DNA from: Chrysomallon squamiferum
Taxonomy: Eukaryota; Animalia; Mollusca
Reading direction: 5' to 3'
Assembly: GCA_012295275.1 (NCBI GenBank)
Contig: CM022672.1
Span: 2,480,001-2,544,000 of the forward strand
DNA: 64,000 nt
Shown: piece after piece, positions 49,346 to 62,993 of the stretch
Position numbering within the stretch: the stretch's first letter is position 1
Layout of the letters: the number at the start of each line of letters is the position of its first letter
Notes under the pieces: generated by a model
The model's input: only the letters and a program-made list of their open reading frames with translations
What the model was told of the DNA's origin: nothing
The model's database searches: none
Program-made: the position numbers and the translations under genes

Positions 49346-50235
49346 CATACATACATAGATACATTTTCTATTTTCTATCTGATAACGACCAGTTATACTT
49401 AACCGAGTTTTTAATACAACAGACTCACAGGTTTATTCGTCACATTTAAGTCTCAACTTTCGCCACAAAACATTCCAACAAGATCGTGGGATGGACTCCC
49501 CGGGGCTGACACACCCTGTGTTAAGTCCTGTCTCCAGCAGTGATTTCATAACAGATTAAACCACAGCTCATAGGATCGACACGCTTTGCCAGTGAGTCAG
49601 TTTACATTCAGGACAGAAAGTCAATTTTATGTTTAAGGAGATAAATAATGTTAAATAATCAAAACGTTTATCTTGAATTAGTAATGTTTATTAGTGTTTC
49701 TTGATTAAATTATTCTCAAAATTTATAACATTAATATCAGCTGAAATGTTTAAGCATCGTTAATTACATATATAATTTAGGAAAATTCACACATAAAGTA
49801 CATGAAAAAAAAAATACAAAATTGAATACGAAAATAAAACAGTCAGTAAAAAGCAGATATAATTAACTTCACAGAATATGATATTAATCTTCATTCCAGA
49901 AATTTATTTTACTGGTGGAATGTTAAATTTCTAAGAAAATTGGTATTATGCCTAAACAAAGACTGTCTTAAGTTACTTAACTGGGTGAGCCATATTTCAG
50001 CGCTAGAGGGGTGAGAGTCAATAAGCTTGTTTGCGGAGTCGTTCCCCTTCACTGTTGGTTTTCGTTATTTCCAGATCTGTTCTCTAGTCTGTTCTAAAAA
50101 AAAAAAAAAAAAAAAAACATACCCCCCCTCAAAAAAAGAAACAAGCACCAAATACCCCTCAGACTTGTATGAATTGGAACGCAGCAGCAAACTTTCTCTT
50201 TCATCATTTACATGCTTTTAAGCCATAGGTTTATT

Positions 50236-50305
50236 TATACAACTGTACGTTTAGATTTAAATGCGATCAGTGCATCGTTAAATAAAACATATTTTCCCTT
50301 CTTTC
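50236..50305 (+). mobile_element. SINE 3' tail fragment
   Basis: agtgcatcgttaaataaaacatattttcccttc is similar to the tail at 38990. Confidence 0.5.
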
Positions 50306-52371
50306 TTTGTTTTTTTTTAATGTTATTTTCCGTTACTTCTGTCTTTTGCGACACGTTTTGGAGAGGAATTTTAAAAAGATAATTTAGAGGAAAAAAAAGA
50401 AAAAGAAATCTCAAAGTCAACTGCAGACTTGTAATGCACAGCTCTTTCCTTAAAGTTTTTACACCCTGAAAATGAGCAGCCGAACTCCTATGCTTTTCTT
50501 TTCAAACTGAACTTTGAAACTAAATTAGCCTTCCTGTTGGAGAATAAAAAACTGATATAGCTTTCGATAAACAAATATTTTTGCCTTTCATTTCATCACT
50601 AAAATTAAAGTTCTCGTACTTCAAACAAAATGTGAAATTTATTTTCTCTGATGTTTGAATGTTGCTCATTTCTGACTCAACTTTAAACTTGTTTACCTTG
50701 ATGCAAAACACAGCAACGGCTAAAGCGAAAATTAGTTTAATCAAATATTTGTATACCTCGGTATGTGTGTCTGTATGTATGCATTATATGTGTATGTGTG
50801 TGTGTGTGTATATATGTGTGTGTGTGCGTGGGTGTATTTTGAATACTACTATATGTACTGAGTATATGCTTGTACATAACTAAATATATTCTTTAAATGA
50901 AAAAACAGCAACACCACAACCACCACCAACATTACTATTATTGTTGTTATTGTTAGTATTATTTAAAAACAAAAAATACAAAATCTTTTAAACTGTTTAC
51001 TATTTACGTTCAACAGCAGGATTCAACAAAAAAAAAAAAGCGAAAAGTACTGTATTTAAATAACGGATTGGGCCCTGGGAATGAGTCGAAGTGAGGCGTG
51101 CTATGATCTAATTCTACGCGCGTTCTCATTGGTCGGATTCTGGGTCAATTTACTAACAAAAGCTAGGCCCCCAGATGTAAACACGCGTGCGAGGTATTTT
51201 TGTTACGATAAACATAACTTCTGTTGCATGCTTCTCGTATTTTCGTAATGTATCAATCTGTTTACAAGGCTGGTTGATCGTATTTTCGATAAAGGTATAG
51301 AAAACAAGCCATTTTTGTAATGATGCATTTAGGTTTATTGTCAGAAAAAAAAAAAAAAAAGAAAAAGAAAAAAAAAAGTGCACATTATTTTTAAAAATAA
51401 CACAGGAAATATATTGTAACAAAAACAAACCACTTGTGAATCGTGACCTAGATATTTGGAAAGCAAAACGGATGGTTGGTTTCCTTTTATTTTAAAAATT
51501 TTATAAGTTGTTTCCTTTACGAGAGAATGATGTAATAGCTGAAGGTTATTTTGTTTAGATTTTACATCGTAGGCAAATAAAATACACAGGAATAAAAATA
51601 AATAAATAAACAAATAAATAAAATAATAATGATGATGATGATGATGATGATGATAATCTAGATAAAATGACATAGTAATGAAGATACGTTTTGTGTGTAT
51701 GTCTCATCAGCGTGTGTGTGTGTGTGCGCGTGCATGGAAACTCTAAATTTAATGTGTGCCATATCAAAGAATCAAATTATTATCTTTATTGCCATAAAGC
51801 ACCTTTATTTTTAACAGCTTGAATTTATTATGTTTAAATCACGTCAAACTGCGTGCATATGTTGTAAATTGTAGTATTCAGTATATCATTATCACTTTAC
51901 ACAGGTCAGTACCATGCTTTATACAATTTAAAACAACAAATAATTTTTGTCATAGACACATGCATATGTAAGTGTGTCTCTGTGTGTGTGTGTGTGTATA
52001 TGGGTGGATGGATGGATGGATGTGTGTATGTATGCATGTATGCATGCATGTATGTATGGATTTGTATGCATGTCTGTATGTGTGTGTGTGTGTGTGCGAT
52101 GTGTTATGTGTGAAGAGACTCGCATATTAACAACAACAACAAAATTATATTTATGAGACGTGTGTTACCTGAAATAGTTTTGTACCAGTTTGTTGTTATT
52201 GTACAATGCAATGCATACCCGGGGTTTTAAACAGTTTTATTTTCCAGTAATATAATATGTACAAAATGTATATAATAAATAAAACTACTGCATGAATATA
52301 TATATATATATATAATAAATTGAATGACTCACGCTACACATTTTTAATATGCAGTTTTTAAGATGACCTCA

Positions 52372-52430
52372 TTGTTAAGGACCATCTATTTAAGGAGAGA
52401 GGAAACCCGGTGGCGTTGTGCGGACTACAA
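52372..52430 (-). mobile_element. SINE internal fragment, reverse orientation
   Basis: taaggaccat...gagagaggaaacccg is the reverse complement of the cgggtttcctctc motif seen near 38898. Confidence 0.4.
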
Positions 52431-53466
52431 CAATGTTTAACATGTGATCTGCAACTGACAGGAAAGCATGTGCTATATCGTATTAGTGTTTATCCACGTA
52501 TAAGCAACATTAACGGAAAATGAACAAAACAGTTGATTACAATTTGTAATGAACTTTTTTGTTGAAAACGTTCTTGTATATGTAATAAAATTAAAATAAA
52601 ATTACCCAGTAAATTAGACAGCTGCATGCATAAAATGCACATCAAACATTACTAGATATCAATCCTGTTGCAATCATTAAATCCTTACAAAATACCAGTA
52701 AATGAAACAAATGGTGCATTTAACGCACACCAAAGTGTAAACATTCTTCAGTGCAATCTCGATTAAATTATTTTTGCATACATTAGAAATTAATGAATTC
52801 TGACCGAAGCATATGCACGATTCTACTTAAAAGCAGCCTCTAGTTTTGTCCATAAGTGAAACGACATGCATAATAATGTACTTATCATGCACGTTATGCA
52901 CGTAAAATGTTCTTCACGAATATATTATGTATCTCGTGAATCTTATGAACTTCATACATGATAAACATGTATAATGTATTTTATGTAAATATATAATGTG
53001 TGTGATTTTTTTTTTCTTTTTTTTTCATGTATATATAAATAATATACTTCATGCATTTAATGTACTTGTATTCAGGCAATAAACATTCTTGCATACGAAC
53101 TCGGTTAAATCTGCAGGCCTGCGTAAGTAAGTACAAAAGCCAATGAATGACATAAAAATAAACAGTTTTTATTTTCGAGCACAGGCAACATGTGTTGTTT
53201 GTACAGGTTAACCGATATTCACGACCGCGCCCTTGGTCAAAAATACCGAAATTGTGGATAAAGGTTGTGCTGTAGATTATTTAGTTTTGATTACTCGACT
53301 AATATCTTTGACACAAGATACAGTTTAGTGAGCGAATTATAACGTTATAGGTGTACAAGGAGTGTCAAAATCTGCCTTAGCCTCAGGGAATTGTATGTAT
53401 GTGCGTGATGCGTGTTTAAAGTGGAATAACAGCGAGATGGGAATATTGATTTTAGTATTATGTTAT

Positions 53467-53582
<116 letters not shown>

Positions 53583-54401
53583 CTGCATGCGTGTACGCGA
53601 GCGAGCAAGAGAACTGGATACATGCTGTGAACTTTAATTTACCTACTGTCTTATTTTCTTCTCGATTTTATTATTATTATTTTTTTTTTTTTTTTCTCAT
53701 TTCTTCCTAGTATTTATCATGTTGACAGGTTAAATAACACCATACCTGTGTGACCGACTTCTTGAAATAGCACTCCGCTCTACACCCCTGCACACACACA
53801 TGTGATCCCAGCTTTGTTTACGTCATAACATTTTATTAGCTTGTTGACAGTGGGGATAAGGATTCTCTACAAATACTCTTTTTATAGCCCAACTGTGTTA
53901 TTTTCATTATCAAAACCATCATTTAGAGGCTTTTTTCAGAAGTTTCTTTATGGCCTTCAGCGAAGCCGAGTTTCTCACACACTCGAACTGTAGGTTTTTA
54001 AAAGTACATCTGCGGCAAGGTTTTTTGTGAGAACTGATAAAATAGTGGGAGGGGCGGTTTAGTCAAAAAATACAGATGTTTGTTGAAGTGAATTTTAATA
54101 TATTTTAAAATATTTTCTTGGTATTCGTATACAAGCATATATATTTACATCACACACACACACACACACATACATACACACACACACACACACACGCACA
54201 CACGCTCATTCAATACATTCGAAAATATACACATGATAAATACACATATATATTCATTAATAAATACATATTTACGCTTCAATTCACGGAGGTACCCCAA
54301 GAACAAATGTAAATATTTATCAAACACACTGAACATACGACAACGCATACATTATATTGCTGCAATATACTAGTTTGTTATACTGATGATTAGAAATTAA
54401 C

Positions 54402-54482
<81 letters not shown>

Positions 54483-55183
54483 CTAAGGAAGGGGTGGTCC
54501 TTTTCCCCAAAACTGCACGAATGGCAGCGACCTATTTTTTTTTCTTTCTTTCTTTCTTATATTTTTCTCAGTACACTCTTTTGTAAAATATGATGAGTCA
54601 TGATCAATATTTTGAAGTAAAAACAGTCAAGTCAACCCACACGGCAGCAGTGTATTATGTTGTTATCAGTAAAATGAGTGTCTTGAGTGGGATATAAACT
54701 CTGCTAAATGAGCGCATCTGTACACAGTGTATCCAGTTTAATGAGCTACTGAAGACTCTGAAATCGATACACATCGAACAGTATACACTGATGATGCAAA
54801 CTACTTTGTCATCTCGACTGAACTAGACTTACGACTGTTGATATTGAAACGTGTCTATGGTTTTAAGTAATGTACATGTACATAATACTTTCTCTTTTGG
54901 TATTTTTATTTATTCATTTATTTATTTATTTATTTATTTATTGATATTGTTATTTGTTTGTTTATTTATTTATTTATTTATTGATATTGTTATTTGTTTG
55001 TTTGTTTATTTATTTATTTATTTATTTATGAAGTTGTTATTTAATTTATTTATCATCATCATCATCATTATGATTATCGTTACCGCTACCTCCACTATTA
55101 CTATTATTATTTATAAATATTTGTTTATGCTCTACAATAACTTTTATAATTATAGTATACACATCCACAACAACAACAGCGTC

Positions 55184-55254
<71 letters not shown>

Positions 55255-56744
55255 TTTTCCATTATCTTTGGTTATCCTAAACCCGCCCTTGGCATATACC
55301 CTTCGTTACGATGTTATCATCAATGGTGAAGTAGCTGACCAGTTTGTAGGTCAGTGGAATTCGGTCATGACGTTCGATCACGCTCACTTCGTGTTTACCA
55401 GTATCGTCCTGTGTTGTATTCAGAAACAGCGCCCCAGCAAGTAAAGAAGGGCGAGAATTTTGAGAAGAAGAAGAAGCAAGAAATTATTTATTTAAACATG
55501 GTCTCGTACGCAGTGTTAAAGCAGAATTATGAGACCCGTGCATGGTTAAGCAAAATTGTATTTTTTGCATCTGCGTGCGTGTCTGCGTTCGTGAGTGTGT
55601 GCGTGCGAGTGAGCGCGCGCTTGCCTTTTGCAGTGTGTGTCAAATGTGTGTATTTATGACGCACATGCATCTGTGTGTATGTTTTTGTATTCATGTGAGG
55701 ATATGTTTATCTTATTTTTATCGTTTTCCGATATTGGGTTTTGTTATTTATTTATTAATTTTTATTAATTTATTCCATTCTAAGACAAATAATATTTATT
55801 TATTTATTGGTTATTAGTATTTGATTTTTATGCGTACCACTTTTATAAAACGGATGTAGAGATATAAGTGTGTGTGTGTCTGTGGTGTGTGTACGTACGT
55901 GTGTGTATGTGTACGTGTGTGTGTGTGTTACTACTTTTCTTTCGTATTCCTACTCGATGTACTTCAGTCTGTTTCCCCGCTGATGAGCAGAATGAGCTGA
56001 CTGGGTCTAGTCTCTAAGTACATCTCTCGTACTGCTGTGCTGTATATTGATCAGCAGGAGGAATCCCAGGCACTCTACTCTACGTTAGGGAAATCACGAA
56101 TTCTGATTGAAAGGAAACAATTTGATTTGGAGGTGGAACAAATTAATTAACACTCTGTCATATTCCTGAAAGCTCAAGAGCAGTTCTACTGAGTGACACA
56201 AAATGATGGTGAACAGGCGAAAATGGCGTCATAGCTATCACAATCTATTATTTATTTTTCTTTCTTGCACCCATCTACCCATCTATAGCCACATTTCTTT
56301 CCCTTTCTGGGCTATATCCAACTCCAGTTAATTCTTCAAAATATTTTCTTTCAGTAGGAAGACACATGTTATAAATCTTCGTCTCCCTCTTATTAGTTAA
56401 ATAGCCCATAGAAGAAAAGACGGTTACAGATGTCAACAAATACTTTGTCATACGTATGAATATTTTCTTCATCCAATAATATGAGATCAATATATTTACT
56501 GTTTCAAAAACCTTTGATGTAATACACTTTTGTTTATATTTGGTAATAATGTGCTTTGATATTATTCACATACGTGAGCAAAAAGTATACCCCCCACACA
56601 CATATATAGTGACATCTCAAGTACAGTATGCTTATCAGAATCAATCTATGTGCGTGCATGCATACATATATACACACAAACGCACACGCATACACAGACA
56701 AAAAGAAAGTTTCACTTCGGTTCAGTACAGGTACTACTAACTGG

Positions 56745-59090
56745 AATACATGTTTTATATTTCACACTTTTTTATCTGCGTTTAGTGCTAATATAAACTA
56801 AAATCTACTGATACTTGTAGCCATACTAAAACTGCTATGTTACTATCAAAACCATCAATATAAAATAAATTACCTTTCGTATATAACTTTTTAAATTACC
56901 ACGACTTGATTTTAGTACTGTTTTAGTCGACACTAACATAAAATAAATAACTTTTCAGATATATATATTTTTTTTCATTACTTCAGCTTGGGTTTATTAC
57001 TGTTTTAGTTGACACCTTTTATCTTTGGACATTGCTATTACAAATAAGACTTTTAGATGCCTGAAATGACGGTATCAAACTGTAACCTTTATATATATAT
57101 TCAGATCAGTTCGTAATTACTGCTGGAATCATTATTGTTTTGGCTGACACCTATCATATGAGTTGAAACTTAATATAATCTAGGCTCTCTGAGGACAGCT
57201 GTATAATCCTAAGGCTGCTACAATCATTGTTAGAACGGTTAGTAAAATGCTGTATATGAAAAGCTTTCAGTAAGTCATTAGCTCTAATTATTGTTTTAGC
57301 TGACACCTCTTGTGTCTGGTACATTTTAATGTAAACTAGGCTTATTGGAGATTCGTGTTCTATGGTAAATTGCTGCTGTCGCTATTATAACTGTTAACAC
57401 AAAAAGCTTTCAGTGCATCATTAAGTACTGTTTGGTATGATTACTGTTTTAGATAATACGACGTATCTGTGCCAAACACCAATGTAAAATCGGTCGGTGG
57501 GAACTTGCGTGCAATATTAAAACTGATATTTGCATCAGTTATCAGTAAATCCAATGTATTTTCAATACGTCATTACTGTTGTTAAGTATGATTATTGTTT
57601 TAAATGACATCTCTCATATATGATATAGCCTAAAACAAATTGTGGTATATGGAAACATTTATTTTAACGCTAAAGCTGTTATTATTAGAACCCTCGACAC
57701 TACTACGTACAATGACACATGATGATTTCAGTACACCATCAGTATAAGATATAATCACTGTTTTAGTTCACATCTCTTAACTCCAGTATATTCTAATTTA
57801 TAGTAGACTTTGGAGAGATTATTGTATAGTTGTTAAAACTGTTGTTACTACTTTCAGAACCATCAGAATTGCACAAAATAAATGTTCAGCCTAGTTCATT
57901 ATGGTGTTGTTTTTGTTAACACTGCTCATATATGATAAATCGTAATAATGTAAACGAAATTCTTTGGAGTCTGGAGCGTGCAAATTACTATTTCTATTAG
58001 TTGTTATTGGCATTGTTAGCAACATAAATTTAAGCAAAAATTTACTGTTCATTTATAGTATAGCTAGATGTAATCACTTTTTAAATTAATACCTGTTTTC
58101 TATGGTAAATTACAATAATTATAAATTAACTCTATGGAACATGAACTGAATAGAGGTCGACCATTACTGATACGAAAAACACTAATACAGATCCGTCAGT
58201 AATCTGGCACAAATTTGTTCCTAATCTTTAATGGAAATTCTTGCTGCACAAATACTGTTGGCATCACTTGAAAACATTGGCAAGGAATTCAGTTTTTGTT
58301 TCTCCATTTATTGTTAAAATCTGCTAAATTTTGACCTACCTATTGTTTCTATGAATAATATATAAATAATCTTTTAATATAGTTCGTGATTACGTTTTCT
58401 TAGTATAATTACTGTTTTCTAAATCCTAATAGTTATAAATTAAACTATTGTGTGCTGTGTGCAATACTGAAATCTCTGCTGCAACAACGATACTAAATCT
58501 TTCCCTATAGTTCTCTATATTAGTTTTCTTGGTATGATTACAGTTCTAGTTGACACATTTTGCCTGTGATAAATCCTAATAATTGTAAACTAAGCACTTT
58601 GGAATTTCTGTTCAGTACTAAAGCTGTTACTTGTTACAAGCATAACCGTTAACAATAAAGAGAGCAGGCTTTCGAATTCACCATAACACTGTCACATACA
58701 ATGTTTGTTCTAGTTCGCATCTGTTTTCTGAGATAAATCCTAATTATTATAAACAAAGCTTTGATTTGTGTGGAATATTAAAAACGCTACTGCAGCTTCT
58801 GTCAGTACCAGATCTGTTAATGATATATAAATAATCTTTCAGTATAGAGTTCCTCATTACTTTCTCTTGTCTTAGCTGAAGACATATACTCTGACGTAAA
58901 TCCTTATATAAACTAGTTTCAGTTGACGCATGAATTCACTGCTAAGGCGCCCCTGTCATTCTGAGGACCGTTAACGATGTACAAATAACCTTTCAGCACA
59001 GTTTTTCATTACTTCTTCTTGCTGTAATAATTGTTTTAGTTTGACACGTCTTACTTGAGAGGAAGGCTAATGTAAACTGGGTCATGTCCG
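56745..59090 (+). repeat. Highly diverged tandem array, ~150-165-bp period, about 15 units
   Basis: Recurring core TGTTTTAGYTGACAC at about 56919, 57001, 57136, 57292, 57445, 57596, 57759, 57908, 58542, 58706, 58868 and 59032. In most units it is followed about 20-30 nt later by TAATRTAAACTR. Confidence 0.85.
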
Positions 59091-59942
59091 GTCATCCGGT
59101 ACAAACATGTCCACTTGTACAGCTGCCCGTTGTAAATCGGACTCTTAATAATGTCAAGATGTTTTCTGGTGGGATGAAAACCCAGCTGATACAACCACCT
59201 GTTAATTAAAGAAAGAAAAGTACTTTTGCGACACCTGAATATATTTCGACTCGAACGTTAGGAATGAATAAACTAAGGTTTAGCGACATATTTTGTATAT
59301 CATTACGCCGACTGCAAGATAGAAAAAAATTAGATTGTTTTAAAAGCTTTTGAAGTTATGATATTTTTCAGAGTTAATCTTCAATCAGAACTTCACAACA
59401 GACTTGAAATTTCTACAAAATGATTATTGAAGCACGCCTTCCATCGACTCATTGTCGGCATTCTCTTAGATTTCTTCAAAGACTGGTCTGATAACAACTC
59501 CAGTTTTTACTCTCTGTTTTTGTTTTCTTCTTCCAGCGATCTTACAGCTTAACAAGATTAACAAACTTTGAGACGAAAACAACAGGTCATATACCTTTAG
59601 CTCACCCATTGGCCTTGTAATTATATTTACTTGATTTATTATTTCACAACTTAGACAAAAGATTCAATTATTAATCTGTAATCCTGAGAGAACCTGTCAG
59701 ACACAAATGAGCGATAGGGCTGAAATGAAAATGGTAAGTAATCAGAAACTGTAGAACATTACTCCGGGTACATGTCAGGGCTTTTAATGGAGGAAGTAAA
59801 TCATAATTTTCTTGTAGCTTTCAGTTTGTCTGAAGATTTATTGTTTATCGCCACATTTTTTTCTTCTTTCTTTTTCTTTCCTTTTTTTTTTCCTTTTTTT
59901 TTTTTTTTTATTTTTTTCCGTCTGAATTGCTTATGATGAATC

Positions 59943-60063
<121 letters not shown>

Positions 60064-60710
60064 ATATATATATATATTCCTCTCTGATTGTTTTCCTCTC
60101 ATCAGTTAATAACACTTTAGACTGATAAATGAACAGTCTCTCAATCTATACTATATATCTCTATCACTCTTTGTGACGTGTGCCTGGCTCTGAGTCCATC
60201 TGATTATCCGTCATCTTTATTTTTGACAGCAATGTAAAGGTTCTAAAAACTGTAACTATAATTCGTCTTTGTTTTCTCTTTTGTTTTTTCTTTAATGAGT
60301 TTCGGTTGCTACAAACTGGATAAAAGGGGAAAAAAGTATTCAACATTCATATGCATAAGTCGATAGATACTTTCTGGTTTAGTCATTAACTTCGTAATTA
60401 GAAATCCTTGAATTATTACTTTACACTTTAGATAAAAAGATTTGCTGCTAATCTATAAATTGGATGGATGAAAGAATTCCTGGCTCGTTTGTTTTGGAAT
60501 TATGCATAGCGATCATTTACCTTGAATTTGCTTTCATGTTTAATATTTACGTGAATCTGGCCACCATATCAATTTGTGCTGAAGGTCTAAGAGATTTTTG
60601 ATATTACTACAGTAATGTAATTTTAATATCTATTAATATACCATATTCTGATAATTATAATTACCAGTTCCCCTAAGAATTTTCATACTTATGCTGATTC
60701 ACCACGTTAT

Positions 60711-60816
<106 letters not shown>

Positions 60817-62947
60817 TTAAAATAACCGACGTTTGCTTTAACACACGATCATGTTGTATCCATACATCAGGACGTTAACACCAGTTTTAATATTTCGCGA
60901 ATTTGGAAACATGATCAAATTAATTATTACGAGTCCGCTGTAATACAAACCATCTGCTTACATTATAATTAGTTATCACACACTGCGTGAACTCTTCTGT
61001 CAGTCTCATATAGCCCCGAGTCTGTAAAATGCAGCGGACAAATACTAATTAACAAACACGACTCGCATTATAAAAGTTTTATCTTCCACGGATTAAACAT
61101 GTATTATGCGATGATGATTGCATATGCCACGGTTTATAGGCTTTATGGTGAATCATATGGGAAACGGTGTTAATAACGCACGGTGTATTCAAGTAGGTTA
61201 CACACATACAGAAAGTTTGTTGAACTCTGTGAGGATATCAGATGTTCCGTTAGTGATTATTATGTTAAAATGAAACGGTTTCTGGTCGTTTGATTGTTTA
61301 TGCTCACATTAACTGACATAATGAAAGGAAAAGTGTCACAATAATGATGAAATAAAATCCACTTCTAATGATTTACAAATTTTGGTTCTCTTGTTTTCGA
61401 TAGATTGTCAGATGTCAGTGATACTGCATTTATAGCAATCGTTTAAAATCGAGCCAATACTTTATTTTTTTTTCCCCAGTAATAACAGTAAGATTGAATT
61501 CTTGTATTCTGCATTATTAGGACATCAGTGCATCTGTATATTGGTTCTGTACGAATAACGCTAATTGGTACATCAGCTGACGGTTTTAGAACTAAAAATA
61601 TAGTCTTTATCTTACTTGTTTACTGCCGCGTAATCTTAATAACCAAGCATAGGGTGCAGTTTAAAACTATCTGGGCGTCGCCATTTTTCTGCAGTCGTGG
61701 TGTCCTCCCATACAGGGCGGATCTCTTTTCTCTAAAGTTTCTTCGAGTTGAGAAAACAATATAGGTGTCAATCTCCTGCGTACGAGATGACGTAAATAAG
61801 TAAAATGGCGGCGTTCAGATCTTTTGTATTAATATTATTTAAATGTCATGATTATGAATTATAGTAGGCCTAGGTCGTTTAAAAAACGTAAGCTACAGCT
61901 AATGCTTTATTAGCTGTTTGAAATATGTCACTTCGGGTGTGTCAAACCATAATAATAAAATCTAATAAAATGCAAATCCTATAACAACATTCGGTGAGCT
62001 ATTTGATAATGTAATATCAGCTTTAACTGCATAATTGTTATTATCGTAATTTTATCTGCCGGACAGGATTGCATTAAGACAAAATAAGCCACGATTTAGC
62101 ATGAAACTAGATCAGCCACTAACTTTATTTAGGCAAGCCTCTGGGTCAGTCATATGTTTGGAACTACAGAAGCCAGGTTGAGTTACATGCGATAAATAGT
62201 TCCTGTTGAACGGGGTATCAAATTGTAGCCTAACGTCAACAAAAAAAAACATAACGTCTGGAATCAAAACGCTGTTTGTACATTATTACATTATCGCCAA
62301 AAAGAGTCCATGTTAATGTTCAGTGTACAGGCCTTACAAGCTGGCGTTATTACTGGTTTGGACACGAAAATGCTGAGATATTTATTTTGCTTCTTTTATG
62401 AGTCCATGTTAAACACGCTTTAACACGTGGTTAACATTATTAATTTTTGCTGATATAAATGACACCACATCTTCCGTCCGTATCAGGGAACACGGTGAGC
62501 TAATAGTTTTGTTTCTTTCAGGAGATGCATGTCATTTGTAAGAGTTACGACAGTTTTCCTTTCCTAATATCTGAGAAATAGAAAACGTTTCTGTAGTTGT
62601 AACAACACGTAAAGAAAGTAATAGCCACGAAGGATGTACAGGCAGAAATTCAGTGTTTATTTGAACAGGCCTGAAAAATAAATCTAAAAGAAGAGATCTG
62701 GATAAAAGAATCTGAAAAATAAACTTAGACTAATGACTCTAAAGAATGAATCTTAAAGAACGGGTGTTTAGAAGAGTTTCAGCTAGACATCTGTATCTCT
62801 AAATAAAGGAGGCTTTTATTGTACTAAAGTTGGATTTGTATTTCTTTGTAATCGAAACTGTTTATCGAGCATTACGGAAAGGCTGTTCACTGGTAGAAGA
62901 TAAATAAGAAAATGAAAAACAAAGAAAAGGTACAGGAAATTGTGCTG

Positions 62948-62993
<46 letters not shown>

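Noticed and set aside
55265-55285. miR-9-like TCTTTGGTTATC
   Set aside because: Only the first 12 nt match, the 3' half diverges, and there is no precursor hairpin.
58533-58580. SECIS-like ATGA...GA hairpins in the array units
   Set aside because: There is no 11-12-bp helix II with an apical AA and correctly placed GA quartet, and no selenoprotein upstream.
56745-59090. CRISPR-like array (repeats begin GTTTTAG, like type II repeats)
   Set aside because: The context is eukaryotic, there are no cas genes, the repeats are highly degenerate, and the ~130-nt 'spacers' are homologous to each other.
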